Shown here in pieces: positions 47,608 to 55,570 of a stretch of 57,988 nt of DNA; position 1 is the first letter of the stretch; every line of letters starts with the position of its first letter. This DNA comes from an uncultured Nitrospiraceae bacterium (GTDB taxonomy: Bacteria > Nitrospirota > Nitrospiria > Nitrospirales > UBA8639): assembly GCA_964555115.1 (NCBI GenBank), contig CAZKRH010000172.1, forward strand, positions 1 to 57,988, written 5' to 3'. The translations under genes and the position numbers were made by a program. The notes under the pieces were generated by a model. The model was not told the DNA's origin, searched no databases, and saw nothing but the letters and a program-made list of their open reading frames with translations.

Positions 47608-48690
47608 ATGAGCGACAAACGGATTCAACTGCTTCGGCATCTTCAGGAAACGAAAGGCGAGGCATTAACGCCCGTAGCCAATGTCAATTCTTTTTGTGGC
47701 TATACCTTCCCTAAGGCGCAAGAAATTCTGGAGGTCGCTCCTGGAGAAGAAATCAGCACCCTCAATCGGTTAGCAGAATTGGGACTCATTGACCGTAAGC
47801 CCTCTCACAAAATCCACCTTTGCCCCTTCTGTCACAATTTTGCCTTGAACTTCCGGGAAGTTTGCCCACAATGCAAAAGTGAATTTATTACGCCGGTGGA
47901 ACTTATCCACCATTACGCCTGTGGTTTTATCGGGGACGTCGCTCTGTTCGAAAAGGAAGGCGGCCTGACCTGCCCTAAATGTCCAGCCTCTATTCGACAC
48001 ATGGGATTGGATTACGAACGACCCGGATCTAACCATCGATGTGACACCTGTACCCATTGTTTCTGGGAACCAGAGGTGTCTTGCGTCTCTTTGGTGTGTG
48101 GGCAGAGCTTTGAGGTAGACCGAGCCGTGGTCCATACCCTGTTTTCTTATCACATTACCGAACGTGGGACATCCGTAGCTTGGAAGGGGAGCATGGATTC
48201 CGTAGAAAGCCGTCCCACGTTTCATGACTCCGATTTCAATGTGTACTCTACTGAATTTTTTCTTGAAGCCGTGGCTCGGGAACTCGGACGGACCTCACGG
48301 TATCCTCGTCCATTCTCTGTCCTTCTCTTGAAACCCAAAACTCATGACTCCCACATCCCTCATCAAAAACACCAAGTTCCCCTTCATGTCTTTAAAGACA
48401 TTGCCAACGTGACACAACAATCCATTCGAAATTGCGATTTGATCTCCATTTTTCGTGAAGAATATTTAGCGCTTCTCCTCCCCGAAACTTCTCAAGAAGG
48501 AGCCTCTGTGGTATTCAATCGTTTACGAGAAAAAATAGGGGAGTTCATGACCCACACTCATGGGCTCAATCTTGATTTGGCCATTGGCATGGTTGAAGGA
48601 CCTGCAACGTTTGAATCCCAAGATCAACTTCTTACGGTCGCAGTGTCACAGGTACAGGATTCCTTCTACGATGGAAATGGATCGAGGTAG
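47608..48690 (+). CDS. Cys-rich (zinc-ribbon-like, TackOD1-like) domain protein with a degenerate GGDEF domain
   Basis: ATG at 47608 follows GGAGAGA. The cysteine motifs CPFC-x10-CPQC, CPKC and CDTCTHC lie at nt 47821-48099. The C-terminal region has a GGDEF-like fold in which GG(D/E)EF is replaced by FREEY ('IFREEYLALLLPET') and the DxD is lost. Confidence 0.6.
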   Translation: MSDKRIQLLRHLQETKGEALTPVANVNSFCGYTFPKAQEILEVAPGEEISTLNRLAELGLIDRKPSHKIHLCPFCHNFALNFREVCPQCKSEFITPVELIHHYACGFIGDVALFEKEGGLTCPKCPASIRHMGLDYERPGSNHRCDTCTHCFWEPEVSCVSLVCGQSFEVDRAVVHTLFSYHITERGTSVAWKGSMDSVESRPTFHDSDFNVYSTEFFLEAVARELGRTSRYPRPFSVLLLKPKTHDSHIPHQKHQVPLHVFKDIANVTQQSIRNCDLISIFREEYLALLLPETSQEGASVVFNRLREKIGEFMTHTHGLNLDLAIGMVEGPATFESQDQLLTVAVSQVQDSFYDGNGSR

Positions 48691-48810
48691 AATCACATAG
48701 TCCCACGTTTACAATATAGCACCATGTCACATTGACCATTATTTCTATACCCTCAACGATTCCTCGTTGACCCTTCCAAATTATTTATAGAAACCGTATC
48801 CCATATTCAC

Positions 48811-49533
48811 ATGATGAACACCAAACATTCCACCTATTCAGGAATTTCGGCAGTACCCGTTTTGATGATATGTATCGTGGGGACTCTATTCACCCCGGGT
48901 TGTACAGTGGTGGAAGCTATTGGCGATATCATTGGTGGAACAGTCAAAGGAACCGTGTGGGTCTTGAAGGGAACGTATGAACTGACCAAAGGAACAACCA
49001 AACTTGTCTATCACATTGGAAAGTTTACCTTTGAGGTGGTCAAGGCTCCGTTGGAATGGCCGATGACCAAGGATGATATTGAAACCATTGACGGATTACC
49101 GGTGAAAGAGGCCATCCGACAGGGACGAGTCAAAAATGCACCCTATACGGTGAAAGGCCGACGATATTACCCCATGACCGTGGCCAAAGCCCAACGTTAT
49201 GAAGAAACCGGGGTCGCGTCCTGGTATGGGGAAGAAACCAGACGGCAATCAGGAGGACACATGACCGCCAATGGCGAGGCCTTTAATCCAAGGGGGTTAT
49301 CCGCCGCCCACAAGCATTTGCCCCTTCCCACAAACGTGGAAGTCACCAATTTGGAAAACGGCAGGTCGATCATTGTTCGAGTGAACGACCGAGGCCCCTT
49401 TCCCAGTGTGAATAACCCGAAGTCAGGAAAAAGGATTATTGATGTCAGTTGGGGGGCAGCAAAGAAGTTAGGATTTGTTGGAAAAGGCCTGGCTCGGGTG
49501 CGGGTAAGGACGATTCAACTGAAAAAAGCTTGA
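48811..49533 (+). CDS. rlpA: septal ring lytic transglycosylase RlpA family protein (DPBB domain)
   Basis: It contains 'GVASWYGEE...GGHMTANGEAFNPRGLSAAHKHLPLPTNVEVTNLENGRSIIVRVNDRGPF'. Confidence 0.85.
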   Translation: MMNTKHSTYSGISAVPVLMICIVGTLFTPGCTVVEAIGDIIGGTVKGTVWVLKGTYELTKGTTKLVYHIGKFTFEVVKAPLEWPMTKDDIETIDGLPVKEAIRQGRVKNAPYTVKGRRYYPMTVAKAQRYEETGVASWYGEETRRQSGGHMTANGEAFNPRGLSAAHKHLPLPTNVEVTNLENGRSIIVRVNDRGPFPSVNNPKSGKRIIDVSWGAAKKLGFVGKGLARVRVRTIQLKKA

Positions 49534-49671
49534 GGGGGAGGATTTCCTTGACTCTGTAGACGTTATGGTTCTCTCTTCCTCACTTTTCCCATAATCGGTT
49601 TCTCGGTCATCCTCACAGTCAACGGCAAGGCTTGGCAATACAGAGAAATCACAGTCAGATTTGACAAAAGT

Positions 49672-49785
49672 TTAATGCTTCTTTAAATCTTTTTTAAGAG
49701 TCAGAGCCAACTGTAAGAGAGGAAAACCAAAGCCGATGAGGAAGAGAACAACGGTAGCAAGAAGGGTCCAGCTAATGAGACTCAT
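49672..49785 (-). CDS. unannotated 37-aa single-TM small protein (MSLISWTLLATVVLFLIGFGFPLLQLALTLKKDLKKH)
   Basis: ATG at 49785 is preceded by AAGGGGAGG with 4-nt spacing. The protein is a hydrophobic helix with a basic tail. It is below the track's size cut-off. Confidence 0.45.
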   Translation of the reverse strand: MSLISWTLLATVVLFLIGFGFPLLQLALTLKKDLKKH

Positions 49786-49897
49786 GAGGCACCTCCCCTT
49801 TTGAGAAAAGGTCAACCTGAATTATAACACATGACCACTCAAGAAAGCCCTAATTGAACCTGCGTTTCCTCTCTCTCGTAAATACCCCGTTTGAGGG

Positions 49898-50018
49898 ATA
49901 CGTAGGGAACAGCAGGAGGGCTTCCTATTTCTCACCACTATGGAATTCAATCAAATCATAGACTTCAACTGGAAATACGTAGGCAATACACTCATGATTT
50001 TCATGATGAATACGTAGG
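49898..50018. promoter_or_regulatory. three direct copies of ATACGTAGG plus TCATGA-TTT-TCATGA
   Basis: The exact 9-mers lie at 49898-49906, 49975-49983 and 50010-50018, each with a TACGTA palindromic core. TCATGATTTTCATGA lies at 49992-50006. Confidence 0.45.
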
Positions 50019-50039
50019 CCATTGTTACAGAACCCTTGG

Positions 50040-50996
50040 TTAATGATGTGCCATAGGCCCCTGAACCTCATGGTCAGTCACCACATCTGGAGTCTCCCCT
50101 TCCCTCCCAATGGCATCAATACTGAAATGAGGGTTGTCCACCATCGTCGTATGAGCATTACGCGTCTCAGGAGGAGCATCAAAAATAAAATGCGTTTTCA
50201 GAATGTCATTGGGCAACACGACCACTTGCATGTGTAAAATTCCCCCAACACCAGGATGCCAGGCGACCAAGGAATACACGCCTTTGGGAATATCGGAAAT
50301 CGTAAATCGTCCCTCCGAATCCGTCAGTGCATAATAGGGATTATTGACCGCTACACCCCATGTTTGCATATAGGCATGGAACCCACATTCAATCAGAAAA
50401 ATACGACGCCCCCGAGAAAACCGAAAGGTATCAATCATGGGTTCACCGGGAGAATGATCATGGTTTTGTGGTTCAATCATGGAGTGATGGGGATTCATGC
50501 GAAGCGGACGATGAAACATGATTCCGGATCCGAAGGGAGCAGTTTCATACACCTGGACATCGTGGATGATCGGATCCATATTCATCACTCGAACTTCCTG
50601 TTGATCTCGTACCACCATCACCTGTGGTGAAAAAATACAATCCTTCGCCTCCACAGTGGCAGGACCCATTTCAACAGGTTTTCCCTGTTCAATACCTTCC
50701 AACATGACCACGACATTTTGGAGCCCTCCTTCTGGAGATACGTCAAATTGATCAAGAAGACGCCACCCCGAACCAGTAGAAATCCGTCCGCAAAAAGCTG
50801 GATCCGAAGAAATCGCCAAGTTAAACGCCAGGGGAGGAGGCTCAAGCCCCTTCAACTTGACGGTTCCGGTAATTTGGCCCCCATTGGTGACCGAAACTTC
50901 GGTGTATCCCCAACTCCATGTCAAGGGGAACAGAAACACACACAACATGACTCCAAGAAACCAACCAAACCTATTCATGCGATTCAAACCTTTCAA
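50040..50996 (-). CDS. secreted cupredoxin-like protein (paralog of 2838..3746)
   Basis: It has a signal peptide. 'VTNGGQITGTVKLKGLEPPPLAFNL', H in 'IIHDV', C-G-F-H-A-Y-M and 'TDSEGRFTISDIPKGVYSLVAWHPG' are collinear with the 2838 protein. Confidence 0.65.
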   Translation of the reverse strand: MKGLNRMNRFGWFLGVMLCVFLFPLTWSWGYTEVSVTNGGQITGTVKLKGLEPPPLAFNLAISSDPAFCGRISTGSGWRLLDQFDVSPEGGLQNVVVMLEGIEQGKPVEMGPATVEAKDCIFSPQVMVVRDQQEVRVMNMDPIIHDVQVYETAPFGSGIMFHRPLRMNPHHSMIEPQNHDHSPGEPMIDTFRFSRGRRIFLIECGFHAYMQTWGVAVNNPYYALTDSEGRFTISDIPKGVYSLVAWHPGVGGILHMQVVVLPNDILKTHFIFDAPPETRNAHTTMVDNPHFSIDAIGREGETPDVVTDHEVQGPMAHH

Positions 50997-51399
50997 ACAA
51001 CAATATTTTGGGAAACTTGAGTGGCCTTAAATGTAGCGCATTTCACGCGGGACATACCATGCCTCTTAGAATAACAAATATTCTTGGCCAATTTGAATGC
51101 CATTGTGAAAACGAGGAAAAGACTCACAAATATATCATTGGTCCCTACCAATATAGGCTAATATTGCGGCATAATTCCCCAAAAGCGCAATTTTCTCTAG
51201 TCCCAGAAAACACCAATAATTAGATTGGCCAACCTAAGTGGTTTCATAAGAGTTCAATCTCCTACAGTTGGTAAGAGGCCCATGAAAATGAGGACTCGTG
51301 AGATTTTCCTATTACAAAGCCAAGGAAACTTTGAGTTCAACCCCTAGCTATGATAAGGAAAAATGACCACATGGTGGATTAGAGACTAAAGAACCAAGA

Positions 51400-51789
51400 A
51401 TGGAGGAAAGAATGGCAGAGGAAGCTGGAACCCCTTTACATATTCACACTACCGAAATCTATCTTCGGTTTTATGTGTTTTTAGGGAAATGTCTAGATCG
51501 GTGTCTTGATGAATCGGAAAAGGCTTCGATGCCTGAGCAGGAATTTCAGCAGCATTTCCAAGACACGCGAACCCAAGTTGGAGAAAGATTGTCATCCAAC
51601 CAACGGGTTAAAGACAAATTGGAACAGGAATACCAACGAGTTACAGAAATGGCCCTATCATTTGCTAACAATCTCAACAATGAAGCTCTTCGAAAGGAAT
51701 TAATTCAGGAACGAGAAACCCTGAAAATCAAAGCCTTAACACTCAGCGATTTATTGGCCATTTTTCGATCAACAGGAACGAAGGGTTAG
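51400..51789 (+). CDS. hypothetical helical protein
   Basis: The ORF has a charged, helical composition. No family recognised. Confidence 0.4.
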   Translation: MEERMAEEAGTPLHIHTTEIYLRFYVFLGKCLDRCLDESEKASMPEQEFQQHFQDTRTQVGERLSSNQRVKDKLEQEYQRVTEMALSFANNLNNEALRKELIQERETLKIKALTLSDLLAIFRSTGTKG

Positions 51790-51837
51790 GGAAAGCACAG
51801 TGAAAACACGTTGAAGGGAAAGAAGGCCGTCCACGTA

Positions 51838-53631
51838 TTAAAACGGTAGTTTAAACCCACCGGGAAGGGTTTTCTTGAGAATACCTTTTTGAGGGAGAGT
51901 TTTCTCTACCAATCCTTGTAATAAACCGTTTTCTTGTGTGAGCCGTTTGGTGAATTCTCCACCAATCCCATTCAGTCCCCCGAACTCCCCATTGAGACTC
52001 TTTAAAGGACCAGACACTTTGGCAGAAATGGCGGCTTGCAATTCTTTGCCAAAACGTGCCCCAAGATCTTTCACCATTTTCCCAGCCGCATCTTGAAGAA
52101 TGCGATCAAGGTCTGAACGAATCTTCACATCGTACTGTTCAAGAGTTCCAGAAACCTGAGCGTGAACCGAAAGATCTGAAATGCCTGAGACGGCCGAACT
52201 CAATGATTGAGTCAGGGGATTGCCATCTCCCTCACGACCAGCCACGAGTGTCAGAGAAGATAATGTGCTGGTTCCCGTCGCCTGTAAATCTTCGCCTTGG
52301 AGATTAGCCTCGACCTGAACATCCGCAAGTCCTTCTTGTAAGACGACCGGCCAATCCGGCTGTTCAGACAAGGTAATGGGTTGCACGCGATACTGGCGGG
52401 CGGAAAAGGAAGCCTGACTGGTTGGCCGGCTAGGTTGAATGTGATTAATGGTACCGTTCAGAGCCATGGATTCAAGATCTTTAAGTTGTTCTCCGGAAAA
52501 AGCAAACGTGAGTGGCGATCCTAGCGTCACTTGATCAGGGGTAATATTGTTGATCGTACCAGTGATTTCTCCAATATCTAAATTGAAAGAAACCTTAGCG
52601 ACTCGTATGAGAAAATCCGGAAGGGGTTGAAATTCAGTAAATCGAATATCAATACCTTTTCCTCGTTCTGGTGTTTGTTCATCCGGCTCTTGCGGTAACC
52701 CTCCCGTGCCCCCTTCTAAATAGGGTTTCACCATTTCATAATATCCAACCGCCTCCTTCAATTGAGCCCCAACCTGCTGGCCTAGTAATGTTTGGCCAAG
52801 ATTCGCTAATCCTTCGGGGGATAAACTATATTTTTCTTTCAGGCGCTGGATATCATTCTTCGGCGCGACCCTGGCTTGCGCGATCCGCTTTTTAACGAGA
52901 GCGATTTTCTCCTCAAATTCCGTTCGTGCTCCTTTAAGTTTTTCAAGGTCTCGCTCAATATCCTGTTTAATGGATTTGGCCTCCTCCACTCCCCTAAGGA
53001 TACCTCCAAGCCCGCCCTTGGTTGAAGATTTGAGACCCTTGATACGCGCTTGATACTTCGCGAATTGGGCTTTACCGGGCAAGTCCTTCAGGCGCGTTCG
53101 CCACAATTCCTTTTCCCGTTGAATATCGGTTTGAATGGCTTCAATAAGTTTGAGCGTTTCTAAATCTTCCTCTTGTAAAATCTTGTTCACATCAGGCACT
53201 TCAAAGGGAGGTAATTGGAACCCATCGCCTGAATCATCTGAATCTGGAGATGGCTGACGGGATCGATCATCGATCGCCCCAGAGGTGGTCCGGACCGTAC
53301 CAAACTTCACTCCCGTGATAATCATCTCATCAATAATGACTTTCCGACGCAAAAGCAGCAGTCCATCCAGGCCCATTGAAAGCTTGGCTATTTCCACCGC
53401 ATTCGTCATGGGCTCATTGGGATTGGTGACTTGAAGACGGGTCAAGGACAATCCGGTTGGGAACAAGGTTAAATCAGCATGATCCAGCTCCACTTTGGCG
53501 CCAACGGCAGCAGTCCCTTCCTCTTCAATTTTTTGTTTGACAATGCTATCCACCACTAAAACCCAAAGGGCCGTCATAGCAAGCGCCAAAAAGAGAAACA
53601 CACCAAGTCCCCACCACCGAATCCACTTCAC
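51838..53631 (-). CDS. TIGR03545-family (AsmA-like) protein
   Basis: An N-terminal anchor and 'VKQKIEEEGTAAVGAKVELDHADLTLFPTGLSLTRLQVTNPNEPMTN' match the family. It pairs with the TIGR03546-like gene 2 nt upstream. Confidence 0.65.
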   Translation of the reverse strand: MKWIRWWGLGVFLFLALAMTALWVLVVDSIVKQKIEEEGTAAVGAKVELDHADLTLFPTGLSLTRLQVTNPNEPMTNAVEIAKLSMGLDGLLLLRRKVIIDEMIITGVKFGTVRTTSGAIDDRSRQPSPDSDDSGDGFQLPPFEVPDVNKILQEEDLETLKLIEAIQTDIQREKELWRTRLKDLPGKAQFAKYQARIKGLKSSTKGGLGGILRGVEEAKSIKQDIERDLEKLKGARTEFEEKIALVKKRIAQARVAPKNDIQRLKEKYSLSPEGLANLGQTLLGQQVGAQLKEAVGYYEMVKPYLEGGTGGLPQEPDEQTPERGKGIDIRFTEFQPLPDFLIRVAKVSFNLDIGEITGTINNITPDQVTLGSPLTFAFSGEQLKDLESMALNGTINHIQPSRPTSQASFSARQYRVQPITLSEQPDWPVVLQEGLADVQVEANLQGEDLQATGTSTLSSLTLVAGREGDGNPLTQSLSSAVSGISDLSVHAQVSGTLEQYDVKIRSDLDRILQDAAGKMVKDLGARFGKELQAAISAKVSGPLKSLNGEFGGLNGIGGEFTKRLTQENGLLQGLVEKTLPQKGILKKTLPGGFKLPF

Positions 53632-53633
53632 GG

Positions 53634-54152
53634 CTATGCGCCTCCCAGGTGTGAGAGTGAGGCATAGACGTGATACAACTTACTGGCTTTAAACACTTGC
53701 ATCGGTCGAGTTTTTTCCACCCACGCCAATATATGAGTGCGGTACCGTCGAATGAGCATATTGAACAGAAGCCAAACAGGCACAAATATAATCAGGGAAA
53801 ACACCAGGCTCCCCATCACAATCGTGTTGTTGAATCGTTCAAGACGCCACAGGGTGGAGTTATAGAACGATGTCCACACTCCCTCTAAGGATGTGGTCCT
53901 AAGAATCTGTAATCCATTCCAATGAAAAAGGGGATCGAAAAGATACGCGAGCCCTGAGAATACCCCCAGGCCCAAAAGAAAGGCCAATAAATTGACTCGC
54001 ACCACCAACACCAGCAGAAGGATAAGAACATTGTGGAGGCTAAGGAGGGGTGTGAACCCAGCAACCATCGCCAAACAAAACCCCAAAGAAATTTGACTGG
54101 GATCCGTTTCAGAATTCAGCACGCGAAGAAGTTTGGCTATCAGGCGGAGCAT
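53634..54152 (-). CDS. TIGR03546-family (DUF2062-like) membrane protein
   Basis: It contains 'LLRVLNSETDPSQISLGFCLAMVAGFTPLLSLHNVLILLLVLVVRVNLLAFLLG...'. Confidence 0.65.
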   Translation of the reverse strand: MLRLIAKLLRVLNSETDPSQISLGFCLAMVAGFTPLLSLHNVLILLLVLVVRVNLLAFLLGLGVFSGLAYLFDPLFHWNGLQILRTTSLEGVWTSFYNSTLWRLERFNNTIVMGSLVFSLIIFVPVWLLFNMLIRRYRTHILAWVEKTRPMQVFKASKLYHVYASLSHLGGA

Positions 54153-54333
54153 TCATTCCCTTTTGGAACAGCGTAAAAAATCAAGGAAGCAGTTTTGGTG
54201 TAATGTAGGGGGTAAGAATTCAACCATACCCCAAGAAAGTCAAGCATAATTTTAGAACACGATCAGAGCCGATAGTCTGGAGGAAAGTCGGTAGTCATAG
54301 GGATTTCCCAATAAGAGAAAATCGAATGTGACG

Positions 54334-54615
54334 CTAAGCCCCTAAAAACTGGGAGAGAATTAAATACACCCAAGCTGCGCCGAAGATGAACGTGATTTCT
54401 TTTTCACCTATCCGTTTGTAGAGAAGGCGATAGCCAATGATGGGAACGACTGCCAACAATGAGGCGGAAAAAAAATGTCCTACGACATCACCCAACATTC
54501 CGCCGATGGTGGAGCTTCCCGGTGAAGCGAGTAAAATACTGCCTCCCAACATGGCCATCCACAACCATTTAATGTCAATATTCATGATTCCCCTGCTAGG
54601 TTCACGGATGATCAC
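54334..54615 (-). CDS. hypothetical small membrane protein
   Basis: Three predicted TM helices. No family recognised. Confidence 0.45.
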   Translation of the reverse strand: MIIREPSRGIMNIDIKWLWMAMLGGSILLASPGSSTIGGMLGDVVGHFFSASLLAVVPIIGYRLLYKRIGEKEITFIFGAAWVYLILSQFLGA

Positions 54616-54679
54616 TCCAAACTGTTTCCTTTCTGTTAATACGAAAGATACACCCTATTCAGCAACCCCACCTAGGAAT

Positions 54680-54858
54680 GGAAGCGTTCAACACAAAGGC
54701 CCTGCCCAGCTGGTCGCATTTTAGAAAACCCGGAACTTGTCGCTAGTCGCTTGTTGCTAAGAAAAAAGGAAGTCAAGATCCTAAAAAACTAGCGACAAGG
54801 ATCGAGCAACGAGCGACTATCCCAAGAAACACCTTTGGCGGCTTTTTTCAACAGTTTC
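54680..54858 (+). mobile_element. MITE family 2 copy
   Basis: The sequence GGAAGCGTTCAACACAAAGGCC ... CGAGCAACGAGCGACTATCCCAAGAAACACCTTTGGCGGCTTTTTTCAACAGTT aligns with 15608..15779. It abuts the stop codon of 54859..55251. Confidence 0.7.
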
Positions 54859-55251
54859 TTATTGTGATTTAGCCTCGCCTTGCCATAGCAAGTCATACCC
54901 CAATTCCTTTGTCTCCGAACACAGTGAGGTGAGAGCAGCTAATTTCTGCCTGAAAATATCATCGGCATGAGATCGTTCGTGATCTTCAAACGAATGCCAA
55001 TAGGTCACGATGACATAATGCTCATCAACGGCTTTGGAATCACTGAAGGAACCTTCCTCCGAGACAAAACCGGAGAACTTAAAGACCTGCCCCGCAATGA
55101 ACCCACCCTTCTCGCCACCATACGTTTCCTTGACGACCATACACATTTCTCCGACGGCCAGTTCAACCTCATCGAAATGGACCCCTGGTTTCAGCTTGAC
55201 AGTATTGAAAAGCATTTTTGCCCCAAAGGGAAGAGTAATCGGACCAAACAT
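54859..55251 (-). CDS. hypothetical protein (possibly ABM/Dabb-like fold)
   Basis: The ORF has a reasonable composition. 'YVIVTYWHSFEDHERSH' is reminiscent of ABM-type domains, but this is only a weak impression. Confidence 0.45.
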   Translation of the reverse strand: MFGPITLPFGAKMLFNTVKLKPGVHFDEVELAVGEMCMVVKETYGGEKGGFIAGQVFKFSGFVSEEGSFSDSKAVDEHYVIVTYWHSFEDHERSHADDIFRQKLAALTSLCSETKELGYDLLWQGEAKSQ

Positions 55252-55570
55252 AGCATCCTCCTAGCTGAACCACGCCACCAAGGCGAGTGGATGTAACTGA
55301 AATCGGAAACCCTATTCGAGATATTATAGCACTGAGTCTTAGCAGGAGGGAGACATCGACCCTGAATGATGCCAGTCTCTTTCTCGGTTGTGAAACCTCA
55401 TGATCGGATGTCTCAGACAATCCCCCCGCTTGCTTCTTCCTGTTGTCTCGACAGCCTTCCTATCTCTTCGCTATGGTATACTACATCTATATCAAGTGCA
55501 TGTGTTAGCAAAACGTACATTCCAGCCCACGTTTGTACCAATAAACCAAAATCAAGACTCAGGATTACAG

